DNA from: Octopus sinensis
Taxonomy: Eukaryota
Length of the DNA stretch: 64,000 nucleotides
Assembly: GCF_006345805.1 (NCBI RefSeq)
Contig: NC_043001.1
Span: 108,624,001 to 108,688,000, forward strand
Direction of reading: 5' to 3'
Made by a program: the position numbers and the translations under genes. Below the pieces are notes generated by a model. That model was given only the letters and a program-made list of their open reading frames with translations, ran no database searches and was not told where the DNA came from. Shown one piece after another: positions 25,770 through 37,566 of this stretch; position 1 is the first letter of the stretch, and every line of letters starts with the position of its first letter.

Positions 25770-26450
25770 AGGCGCTTGACTTCATCATCATCATTGTTCG
25801 ACCGTGGTCGAGACAATGGAATTTACCATGTTGCGCCAGACTTCACGGTCCATCATAGCATTACGGAGGTCCTGTTGCTGGATGCCTGTATCCCTGGAGA
25901 TTACATCAGGGTAGGAGAGTGTGCACCCTCTGGTGTTGCGAGTAGATGGCTTCCAGAGGAGAAGAGTAGAAATTACTTCTTTTTCAGCTCTACAACAATG
26001 TCCAGCAAACTGGACTCTCCTACCTTTCACAAGAGATGACACAGGTGGTAATTTCCCATATATTTGCATTTTAGTTGGATGGCGCCTCCACGAGAGATTT
26101 TGAGCTCTCATAAGGAGGCGAGTGTAGGTTCCATCCAACCGCCTCTCAAGCTTCTTTAGTGGTTAAGCTTGACTTAGTGGTTAGCGTCATCGGCTCACGA
26201 TCGTCAGGGCGTGAGTTCGATTCGTGCCGGCGCATTGCGCCCTTGAGCAAGACATTTTATTCTACATTGTTCCAATCCAATCTGCTAACAAAGGTAAGCT
26301 GCACCTGTATTTCAAAGGGCTACCCTTGTCACATTCATTTCAGTTTGCATCTCCCTGAGAGCTACGTTAAGGGTACACTTGTCGGTGGAGTGTTCGGCCA
26401 CTCGCACGTAAATTTCAGAAGCAAGCTGTTTCGTTGATCGGCTCAGCTGG
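25770..26450 (+). mobile_element. tRNA-derived SINE interrupted in its head by the RTE
   Basis: Removing the insert restores AGGCGCTTGACTTAGTGGTTAGCGTCATCGGCTCACGATCG...GAGTTCGATTC. Confidence 0.75.
25783..26166 (-). mobile_element. 5'-truncated RTE-like LINE with a 9-bp TSD
   Basis: RRVQFAGHCCRAEKEVISTLLLWKP...DLRNAMMDREVWRNMV* with a (GAT)n tail. TSD GCTTGACTT at 25774-25782 and 26167-26175. Confidence 0.85.
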
Positions 26451-27612
26451 AATGCATACATAAAACATACATTCAAATCTGCACACACACACATATATAT
26501 ACATACATACATACATGCATGCAAAAATACCCTGTTGTTGATGTTGAAATTCCATTGATGGAACCTTGGATCTAGGTTAGAAACCAGTTCTTTCTCTATT
26601 GGCAAGAAATCTTGAAATAAACTGAATAATGATACACACACATACATACATACATGCATGCAAAAATACCCTGTTGTTGATGTTGAAATTCCAATGATGG
26701 AACCTTGGATCTAGGTTAGAAACCAGTTCTTTCTCTATTGGCAAGAAATCTTGAAATAAACTGAATAATGATACACACACACACACACACATACATACAT
26801 ACATATATACATACATACATACATACATGCATGCAAAAATACCCTGTTGTTGATGTTGAAATTCCAATGATGGAACCTTGGATCTAGGTTAGAGACCAGT
26901 TCTTTCTCTATTGGCAAGTAATCTTGAAATAAACTGAATAATGATATACACACACACACACATACATACATACATACATACATACATACAACTTCTTCAA
27001 AACCTCCAGCTTCTATATCCAGACTATGAATTCATATTCATACCAATAAGAATTGGAGCATTAGGTTTTTTGTTTAGTAAATGCTTAAAGGAGAATCTGG
27101 ATAAATTGAGAATTTCAGAAAGAGGAATCGTCCGGCTGATTCATATATTACAAGTGCAATCTGTGAGTGGAACAGTAAAAATATGCAAGACTTTTCTCAA
27201 GTTCCAAATGTGAATTTGCCTGTGTTAACTGCATCCCAAAGATGGAGCCTTATATCTCTGCTGGATACCGGCTCCCTCCTGAGTAGAAGATGTATAAGGC
27301 TTAAAAAATTGAAGATACATACAACTTCTTCGAAACCTCCAGCTTCTATATCCAGACTATGAATTCATATTCATACCAATATTAATTGGAGCATTAGGTT
27401 TTTTTAGTAAATGCTTAAATGAGAATATGGATAAACTGGGATTTTCAGAGAGAAATCGACCCGCTAATTCGTGGAACAGTAAAAATATGCAAGACTTTTC
27501 TCAAGTTCCGAATGTGAATTTGTCTGTCTTAACTACATTCCAAAGATGGAACCTTGTGTCTTTGTTGGAAACCGGCTCCCTCCTCAGTGGAAGACTTATA
27601 ATAATTAAAAAA
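26450..27612 (+). mobile_element. Tandem cluster of R4/Dong-like 3' fragments separated by (CATA)n
   Basis: Three copies of the ~110-bp terminal module (about 26522, 26661, 26832), then two RLE C-terminus plus 3' UTR copies (about 26988, 27320; LQNLQLLYPDYEFIFIPIRIGALG...KICKTFLKFQM*). Confidence 0.85.
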
Positions 27613-27639
27613 TAGAAGTGACATACATACATACATACA

Positions 27640-27900
27640 GCCTTGGAACGGGCAAAATGGAGATCATTGTGTCAAAATGGTATTAAAAACTTTGCTGCAA
27701 ACAGCATTAACAGGCAAGTAGAAAAGCAGCAGCAAATATGCAGCCTGCACTGATCTGTAATCCACATATTTGCAACATTTGTGGTCCTCTTTGCAAATCG
27801 TTGGTGGGACTTAAATGTCACATTCAACATAAGCATTATGACTGAAAAAAGAAAGAATGGGTTGACAGAGCCTCATATGCTGAAACCGATGGGAGAGTCC
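27640..27900 (+). mobile_element. RTE (BovB-like) LINE 3' end with C-terminal zinc-finger remnant
   Basis: ALERAKWRSLCQNGIKNF... and ICNICGPLCKSLVGLKCHIQHKH*. Confidence 0.65.
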
Positions 27901-29159
27901 ATCAAAGAAATGCTTCTTTTCTCTTTTAATAATGCTTGTTGTTCTTGTTTCAACTCTGCGTAGTTATTTGTATTGTCCTGTTGTGGTTTACTTTTTAAAA
28001 CATTAAGGGGAGAGGGTTGCTACCACATCACCCTCTACCCACATTTTTCCTATCCACATCTTTACCGTATGGGGCCCTAACACTATCCGATAACAGGTAT
28101 AGATGCAAATCTATCTAATTACTTGTCTCCTTCTAAAATCAGTCATAACCTGGCGATCAGTCGACTTTACTTGATAGAGTGTGTTTGTTAACTTGACATG
28201 GTCAAAGTGAGCTCTGATTGGCTGTATGCAAATGAGTTCATTGCTGGGGTCCGGAACACTCGTGGGAAAAAATTTTTCACCCCCACCAAAATTTGTAAGT
28301 AATATACTGTATCACTGTGTATTATAAGAAATTTGCTCTAAGGATGGGCATCCAGTTATAAAACACTGCCTCAAAATGTCTCGAACCCTTGCCAGCACAG
28401 AAAGACAAACACAAAAATTATGTTGACAGCATTAAGTATATGAGAAATATGTCCCTACCCAGCAAGGCATAATACTCAGATTTTAACAAACAGCAAGGTA
28501 GGTCCCAAGACATTCCTAACACCATTTATTCCTCTCCCACTTTCCTTCTCCTCCTAGGGTGACTCAGTATCCCCTCCATAGTAAGACAGCTATCTTTGTC
28601 CCTCTGTCATATGCTGACTGTTCACCTGGCATACGTCCACTCCACTCAGTTCAACCATTTCTCTCAACAAAGTGAGAGTTGCTTGGCAATCCTGCAGGGA
28701 GGCGCTGGTGCCATATGAATAAAACCTGTGCCAGTGCCACCTAAAAAATGTTTGTGCCAGTAACATGTAAAAAGCACCAAAATACACTGTAAAGTGGTTG
28801 GCGTTAGGAAGGGCATCCAGCTGTAGAAACCATGCCAAAACAAATGGGGACTGGTGCAGCCCCTGACCCTACCAGCTCTTGTCAAACTGTCCAACTCATC
28901 CAGCATGGCAAAACGAACGTTAAATGATGATGATGGTGCAGAAGTAATATCTAATGGGCCTTGCCAGGTATGGATATTTAAAGCTTTTCTGTGTTGACAC
29001 AGGTTCAACAGGACATTTTGAAGGGATGTTTCATAGCTGGATGCCCTGCCTTATAAAATATATATGGATGGTACACTATATGATTCTAAAAACCATTTGC
29101 TTCTTTTAAAGAAATCATAACAACCAGTTAAAGAATTTATCATTTCATTATTTTATTTT

Positions 29160-29965
29160 TTTATTGCCCACAGGGGGCTAAACATAGAGGGGACAAACAG
29201 GGACAGACAAGGGGATTAAGTCGATTACATCAACCCCAGTGATTAACTGGTACTTATTTAATCGACCCCGAAAGGATGAAAAGCAAAGTCGACCCCGGCA
29301 AAATTTTATACACACACACATGTAATATTTATTTGTTTATTGCTCACAAGGAGCTGAATGCAGAGGGGACAAACGAAGACAGACAAAGGGATTAAGTTGA
29401 TTACATTGACCCCAGTGTGTAACTGGTACTTATTTAATCAACGCCGAAAGGATGAAGAGCAAAGTCAACCTCAGCAAAATTTGAACTCAGAATATAACGG
29501 CAGATGAAATACCTATTTCTTTATTACCCACAAGGGGCTAGACATAGAGGGGACAAACGGATTAAGTCGATTACATCGACCCCAGTGCGTAACTGGTACT
29601 TAATTTATCAACCCCAAAAGGATGAAAGGTAAAGTCGACCTTGGCGGAATTTGAACTCATGTAACGTCAGACGAAATATGGCAACGCATTTCGCCCGGAG
29701 TGCTAACGTCTCTGCCAGCTCCCCGGCAGATGAAATAACTATTTCTTTACCACCCACAAGGGGCTAAACACAGAGGGGACAAACAAGGACAGACAAACGG
29801 ATTAAGTCGATTATATCGACCCAGTATGTAACTGGTACTTAATTTATTGACCCCGAAAAGATGAAAGGCAAAGTCGACCACGGTGGAATTTGAACTCAGA
29901 ACGTAACGGCAGATGAAATACCGCGAGGCATTTTGCCTGGCATGTTAACAATTCTGCCAGCTCAC
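29160..29965 (-). mobile_element. Tandem stack of about four family A SINE bodies
   Basis: Repeated CCACAAGGGGCTAAA...GATGAAAGGCAAAGTCGACC units; (TTAGGG)3 immediately after. Confidence 0.8.
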
Positions 29966-30748
29966 CGCTTTAGGGTTAGGGTTAGGGTATTAAAATTTTG
30001 ATATTATTGGCTCTGGTCTTTGTTCATACAGGCACAAATAAAATCTTATACATTTATTGTGAAGAAGGAGCCCTAAAAAATGTCTTATATGCCTTATTCA
30101 AATATGCACCACTATAGGATTTAATGTCTGGGTTAAATACTCAAGTATTTAAACCAGACATATTGAAACTGACCAGATCCAGTCTTTCACACCTACCCTA
30201 CAATGTCATTCTAAAAATAAACAATCATCATCATCATCATTGTTTAACATCCATTTTCCATGCTGGCATGGGTTGGATAGCTCGACTGGGGTCTGGGAAG
30301 CCAGGAGGCTGCACCAGGCCCCAATCTGATCTGGCAGTGTTTCTACAGCTGGATGCCCTTCCTAACGCCAACCTCTCCGAGAGTGTAGTGGGTGCTTTTT
30401 ATGTGCCACCTGTACAGGGGCCAGGGGAGCTGGCATTGACCACAATCGGATGATGCTTTTTGTGCCACCGGCACTGGCATTGGCCACATTCAGATGGTAC
30501 TTTTTACATGCCACCGGCACATCATCAAAATTTCAAGGTTATGAGATACTTCATTAATTTTTTAAAATGTAGATAATTAAGCATTATTTTTGATGAATTG
30601 ATTTGAATGCTGAAGTGTTAAAACCACAGAACTTTAAACAAGACAATTTCGATAGTTTGCTTCTTGTCTCAAATTTGAGTCAGTAAATTATTTACTTCAG
30701 TAACTCTTAATAAAGCTTTCAGGAAATGGTTTTTACCGTGTTTTACAC

Positions 30749-31200
30749 AACCCTTTCATTACCATATTTCTACTGAAATATACTTTGCTTCAATTAATAC
30801 TGAAAATAATTAAGGATTTAGTCAAATAATTAAGAATTTAGACAAATAATTATGTCAATATTAAGATGGTGCTTGGAACTTAAATTAGCATAAAATTTTA
30901 ATGGAAGATTTATTTTTAATTTTAGTTACTTTAACCCTCTAGTGTTTAAACCGGCCATATCTGGCCCAGATATTCTACATGTTTTATATTCAAACTGGCA
31001 ATATCTAGCCTCTCACACCTAACATACAGTGACATTCTAAAAATAAACAATTATATCATTGAAACCTCAAAGCTATAAGATAATGCATGATTAATTCAAA
31101 ACAATTTAAGTGAAAAAGTATTACATTTAACCGAGTAATCTGAACACTAAAGGGTTAAAACAGGATATTTCCTAAAACCAGGTTGGTAACAAAAGGGTTA
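30749..31200. mobile_element. Nested MITEs: outer AACCCTTT..TTACC/GGTAACAAAAGGGTT; inner 30935-31154 flanked by TTAA
   Basis: Inner TTAA|CCCTCTAGTGTTT...AACACTAAAGGG|TTAA (piggyBac/Kolobok-type TTAA target). Confidence 0.65.
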
Positions 31201-31829
31201 TATGCAGATCCATGCAAATTCTCTGTTAACTAAATCTGTAATATAAAGTTGGTACCTAGACACAATGATGTACTCACTTTATTGTATGGCATTTAATGTC
31301 TTTGAGCAATTTTCATTTTTTTAAAGTTAAGACAAGACAAAAAGCCACTCATTTTAAGGGACTTTCAGAAAATAATTCATTGCCAATGAAAATTGTGACC
31401 AAACAAGGAATTAAATTCTATTGGTGAAGGTGCTGAAGTGTATTGATAATAGTATTTATTAGACTTCCTACCCAGTGTTGCCTGGTAAAGTATTCACGGA
31501 ATTGATTGTCGTTTGTAGAATAGGAATTCATGGTACTTATGCATGTATGTATATTTCACCTAATTTCCGGACTTAGTTAATTGGAACTATCCAAACAAGA
31601 GTAATCAATTTACATGAGGAGAAGCTTTTTTTTTTTTAACAATTTTTATTCTGAAAATCACTTCTTACTTTTGTTTTGAAGTGAAAGTGGGGAGAAAGTG
31701 AAAGATGTATGAACGTGTGTGTGTGAGAGAGACAGAGAGAAAGAGAGTATGCCTCTTACACACACATGTTCACTCACTCACACACACATGCACATATAAA
31801 TAAGATGTATGCATATGTATTGATGTATA

Positions 31830-32220
31830 TAGGCGCAGGAGTGGCTGAGAGGTAAGTAGCTTGCTAACCAGCCACATGGTTCCGGGTTCAGTCCCACTGC
31901 GTGGCACCTTGGGCAAGTGTCTTCTGCTAGAGCCCCGGGCCGACCAATGCCTTGTGAGTGGATTTGGTAGACGGAAACTGAAAGAAGCCTGTCGTATATA
32001 TGTATATATGTGTGTGTTTGTGTGTCTGTGTTTGTCCCCCTAGCATTGCTTGACAACCGATGCTGGTGTGTTTACGTCCCCATCACTTAGCGGTTCAGCA
32101 AAAGAGACCGATAGAATAAGTACTGGGCTTACAAAGAATAAGTCCCGAGGTCGATTTGCTCGACTAAAGGCGGTGCTCCAGCATGGCCACAGTCAAATGA
32201 CTGAAACAAGTAAAAGAGTA
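31830..32220 (+). mobile_element. tRNA-derived SINE, family B, full length
   Basis: Complete copy with CpGs retained. Confidence 0.9.
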
Positions 32221-34432
32221 TATACTTACACATGACAACACACCCCTTCACTCACTCTCTTTCTCTTTCACACACACACACATGTCTATTTCATATGTTT
32301 GTACATACATCTTGCACTTCAAAACAAAAGTAAATGAATAATAAATTTTTACAGAAATTAACGAACTCTGGATGATGAAATCGCATTCAGCTAAAAATAT
32401 TTCAAAATGATTAAAATATTGTGTACATCAAAAAGTCAATGGTTTTTTTTTTGTCTTCTTAGAGAGCACGAAGACAATGTGTGTGTATATGTCACAGGTA
32501 GCAAACGTGTGTTTGTGTCAATTGACATGCCATTATGTGTGTGTATTCTGTACGTGTGCTGACATCATGGAAGCCATGTATTTTTTCAAGACGTAACAAA
32601 ATTTGCCTTTCATCCTTTCAGAGTTGAAAAATTAAGTATCAGTTGCATACTAAGGTCGATGTAAAAGACTGGCACCCCTCCCCCAAAATTTCGGGCCTTG
32701 TGCCTAGAGAAGAAAAGAATCTTCTTCAATGCAAAGGCAGCAAGCTGGCAGAAACGTTGGCATGCCAGGCGAAATGCTTAGTGGTATTTCGTCTGTTTTT
32801 ACATTCAAAGTTCAGATTCCTCCAAGGTCAGCTTTGCCCTTCACCCTTTCGGAGTTGATAAATTAAGTACCAGTTGCATACTGGGGTCGATCTAATCAAC
32901 TGGCTCCCTCCATAAAACTTTTGGGTCTTGTGCCTAGAGTAGAAAAGAATAACCACTTGTAACTGTTGTTAATTACTACATCAAAAATACAAACTCAGGT
33001 AGCCTGTTGCTCAGGTAAGTCCTGTATAGTTGCTATTCTCACCAGAATATCAAGAAAATCTTGTTTCTGTTCTTAAATTACTTTATGTTAATTAAGAAAG
33101 TGATGCACAGTCAGTCGGCTGCACCATAGTCACAAACACCATAAACTGTATAATACAGAATATATTAGTATTCAATATCGGTAAATTATCGGAAATTTAT
33201 GTTGAGTAGTTATTTTGTGGTGTATAAATAAGCACAAAATTTTTTTCAATTTTTAGGAGTAAATAGAATAATTTATTAACCAAAAGCTAAAATTTTATTA
33301 GCACAGGTGCAGACATTGCTTCCCAACCACATGGTTCTGGGTTCAGTCCCACTGCGTGGCACCTTGAGCAAGTGTCTTCTACTATAGCCTTGGGCCCAAA
33401 CAAAGCTTAGTGAGTGGATTTGGTAGACGTAAACTGAAAGAAGCCCATCATGTATATATATGTGTGTGTATGTGTCTTCCCTGACCCCACCATCACCTGA
33501 CAACCAATGTTTGCGTCCCTGTAACTTAACAGTTTGGCAAAAGAGTCTGATAGAATAAGTACTGGGGTCGATTTGTTCAACTAAAAGAGGTGCTCCAGCA
33601 TGGCCACAGTCAAATGACTGAAACAAGTAAAAGAATCATCATCATCATCTTTTAACGTCCGCTTTCCATGCTGGCATGGGTTGGACGATTTGACTGAAGA
33701 CTGGCGAACCAGATGGCTGCACCAGGCTCCAATCTGATCTGGCAGAGTTTCTACAGCTGGATGCCCTTTCTAACGCCAACCATTCTGAGAGTGTAGTATG
33801 AAAGAACATAAGGCATATGGCTGTTTTCCGGCCAAACAATCCGTTTCTATGCTTTACCATTTTACAAAAATGGACACCTCACACAACTAGAGGACCCAAA
33901 TTTTACTGATAACTTAACATTGTTGTTTTGCAGTCATCACCAGATGCTGGACAAGAAACTGAAACTATCAACAACTTTGAAGAAAGCTGGACTACAAATT
34001 CTGATAAACATGACCAGTGTAAAACCAGTAAACCTGGAGGAGGTGAGGGCTTTCACATACCTGCACAGCATTGTTGTACACACCCAAAAAGAAATAAATA
34101 AAATAGCACCACAGCAGACAAGGTAAGAATCGGCAAAGCCTGGCCAGCTTTTCTGTAGCTTAATTGAAGAATATCTCATGCTCCAGAATTCAAACCATAC
34201 CCCTAAGGATCAAATGTTAAAACAGTGGTAAACTATGAGGCTAAATCTAATGGCACTGACTAGACAACTCACAGGAAGGAGCAAATCTTCCTAAACAGCT
34301 GCTCAGTTCTCTGGTCATATAAAACCATCCACATTGATCTCTAAGGACTCTACATGAGATTAACATGGGGTAACTGACACACTATGAACACCAGTAACCA
34401 GCAATACCAGTGAAGTGTTTACATGGAATACT

Positions 34433-35850
34433 GGGGCTATTGCAGTTTTGCACCTCTCCTTGAAAAATGTAACCCCACTCCCACCAAATTTTGAACTTTT
34501 TCGAAATTTTTTCCCCTTTATGTTTTAGATGACGGAGATTCCAAATATGCAAGAAACCATGCTTTCAAAATTTTAAATTCAATGAGCATATAGATAGGTG
34601 TATAAAGAGATTAGATATGAAAGTCCTCATGGGGCGAAAAACAACAGCAACACAGTCTTCTATAGGACCGCCACATTTAGTTGACAAATATATTTTATGA
34701 ATAAACAGACAAACAATAAATAAATAAATGGATGAAAAAGTACAAAATTTAAAATTGAGGAGGGGGTGAAATTTGAGCCCCTTATTAAACTTTTTAACAT
34801 TAATTAATTTATATCATTAATTATTTAACTTTATAACATTAATGCTGGTTTCTCATAAAATGGCATATTTAATTTACATTAAATTCTTATTTACACAAGT
34901 AAAACGCAAATTCTCTTCACTTTAATGCTTTTGTCAGGATTTAATTTCGATTTGCATATGCTTGTCAATTCGCTACAATTTCTTTCAAGTAAACAAAACC
35001 AAAAATTATAATTAGGGGGAGGGGGAGGTAGGCTAAATTTAAAAATTTTTGATCTCCAACATCTAAAACATAGGAATTTGCAAAAAATCTGATAGGGTTC
35101 AGTATGGTGTCATCTCGCCTTTCCCCTTCACCACACTCAGATGAAAGAGGTATCAAAAATTTCTTTTTGGCTACTCGCTCTATCCCACCGAAAAGCCAGA
35201 GAGTTTTTGTAAGTCTTCCAAGATTATATTTTCTTCTTACCATAACCATTTCATCAATATCTACTTCGACTCCTGGCCCACCGATTTGATCCTGGTAATT
35301 CTCTACCCAATGCTGACAAACCTCTGAACAGAAGGATCGCCAATCAATCGAGGTCGGATATGAAATCTTTAAATTCTCCATAACTAATGCATGCGACCAA
35401 CAGTCTGTGAGATAGTTTACAAATAACATAACTTTACAGGGTGGTATCTGACTCCACTCCGAAAAAGTGTTGTTGTATAGGTATATAGAATATCCACATT
35501 GCGTTGGCCTTTGTCTTCAACGGCGAACAGTCCTTCGACATCGGAATATGCTTGTGCTTTCACGGAATGTACATGGTAAATGACATCTAGGGCAATCTAC
35601 TGTACTGGGAATAACATTGTGTTTGCAAAAGAAATCTAGTGCCTCACTGTCATCATTAAATCGGCGAATTCCATCTTGTGATGTTAATTCACATGAATTG
35701 CTAAGTGCCATTCAGTTGCTGAAGGCCAAGTGTATAATACAACGCTACTTTTTTTTTTGCCCCGGTTAGACGCTTTCGGAAATTCACGATGAAAAACTTT
35801 TTTCAAAAAACTGCATTTTTCAAGGAGAGGTACAAAACTGCATTAGCCCC
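34433..35850 (-). mobile_element. Merlin (IS1016/IS1595-related) DNA transposon, about 1.42 kb, both TIRs present
   Basis: TIRs GGGGCTATTGCAGTTTTGCACCTCTCCTTGAAAAATG (34433-) and CATTTTTCAAGGAGAGGTACAAAACTGCATTAGCCCC (-35850), 2 mismatches. Flanks GAATACT / GAATACC. Confidence 0.85.
34965..35711 (-). pseudogene. Merlin transposase (zinc ribbon plus ISXO2-type DDE), with in-frame stops
   Basis: CPRC...FRC, then DWRSFCSEVC...IGGPGVEVDIDE...RRKYNLGR...WLFGGIER. The two track ORFs are in one frame separated by TGA at 35517-35519; the C-terminus is degraded. Confidence 0.85.
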
Positions 35851-36084
35851 GAATACCCAAGGAAAGAAGTTGACCAAGGAGTACAGGCCTTCTGATTGAT
35901 GCAAAAAGAAAATAAAAGCAGGGTACACTAGAGATCAAGTAGAGAGCATAGCCAAGGAGAGGAATGGTTGAAGAATCGTTGTCATTAGCTTCAATAAAGA
36001 CAATGGATGAAGATGTGAAATTAAAAGAAAAAAGTGAGAGTAGGATGATTGCCACTGATTAAAGCTCTGCTAAACAAGGCTGAC

Positions 36085-36192
36085 CTGTAGTGAAGTAACA
36101 CAAAGGAAATTCATATCCTTTGTCTTTGGGCAAACTTATAGAGACTAAAACCACAGCTACAATTGGGAAACATCAGTTTCAGCCAAGTGAAC
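36085..36192 (-). other. Candidate non-coding exon (108 nt)
   Basis: Acceptor (T)17-ACAG| at 36193 and donor CAG|GTCAGC at 36084; stops in all three frames. Confidence 0.4.
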
Positions 36193-36774
36193 CTGTAAAA
36201 AAAAAAAAAAAAATGTCTGGCTTGAAAACGTGGTCAATATAAAGATCCTCACCCGGTGTTAATATGTGTGTGGAAAACGAATATGAAAAGACAAATGCAC
36301 GCCGACGACCCTGAGGGATGGGGAGGGGACTTTCGGAAAATTCACAAGATCCGATTTTTCCCTCAAAAATTGGAGTAAAATGGATATAGATTTTTTTTTT
36401 TTTTGCGGATTCCCACGTTTTTGGTTATGGAGGATCCGAATCTGAAAAAAAAAAATTTCAATTTAGATCAGTTGTTTTCAATCACTTTTTAACCAGATTT
36501 TACTCAGGTGGACCCTATAGCCATTCGATGTTTAAAAATTAATTTTATAGAAAATTCTTCCAAAATACGTAATTTGTTTGTTACACGTTCAATCGCGTAG
36601 GCTGAACTTTGTAAAAAGTTAAAGAAACCAAGTGGCTTCTTGCAATAAGAAACATCCAAAGCAAAAACTTTTCACGGACCCTTAATATACTACTGTGAGT
36701 CCCTTATTTACTATTAAGCTTGCGTGGACCCCAAAGAACTTTTATATGGACTCCGGTTGAGAAATGTCCATTTG

Positions 36775-36865
36775 GGCGAAAGTAAAGAATACGCACACCA
36801 GGTGTTCAGGGTTAGGGTTTTTCTTGCGCCGAAAACAGATGGTGTACGTATTCTTTACCTCTGCC
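36775..36865. repeat. Short inverted repeat (about 26-bp arms) enclosing GGGTTAGGGTT
   Basis: GTAAAGAATACGCACACCA / TGGTGTACGTATTCTTTAC. Confidence 0.7.
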
Positions 36866-37566
36866 TGGCTCTCGCAACCAAAAAGTGAACAAATGTATTT
36901 TTCTTTGGTATAGAATTCCTCGTGTCATTTCGATCGATTCGGAAGTGAAGAATGACAGAACATATTTCGCTGTATTTTGGAAAATGAGAACCTAACGATT
37001 TCCCCTTTAATTTGTATTTAGTTTTTAAAATCACTTCATACTGAAGGATTACCAAAAGTCGATTAAACTGAATTCATTTACCAAACACATGGACAAAATA
37101 TATTTCCTCTGTTGTCTATATCTTAACTAGCTTTAATGAACAAATTTTCAACAATCGGAATATTAGAATGAAAAAGTTCATAAAAAAAAACAAAAGCGGG
37201 AATATATCCTGATTCCGTCCACATGTTACGAGATAAATACAAAACTCTTAATTAGATAGAGGAAGACGGAAGGATAATTATTAAATAAATAAAACACCAA
37301 TAGGATTTACATAACAGCACAAATTTCTCTCTGCAAGAAAATTACAGAATGTCATAAGATAATTGGAAAATAAATTCAGTAGCATTCTTTAAATGAAGAG
37401 GAATTTTAAACGAAAACATTGAAACCGGAACCAAGTTTGAATTGTCAGTTCAGTGTTGAGTTATCTCTCTTACATTGATTAATGGCAAAGAGGGGAAACG
37501 AATCCACGAAATTCGACTACAATAGGTCTCTTTCGCATTTATTTTTCTTAAATATAAATATAATAG

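Larger units (their letters stand above)
33930..36010 (+). mobile_element. Decayed RTE LINE split by the Merlin insertion
   Basis: LEEVRAFTYLHS...RIGKAWPAF before the insertion; TWNTQGK is restored across the junction; GYTRDQVESIAKERNG*R after it. Confidence 0.65.

Noticed and set aside
29968-29990. (TTAGGG)3 as an interstitial telomere or fusion scar
   Set aside because: Too short; similar hexamers occur in small repeats, e.g. at 36808.
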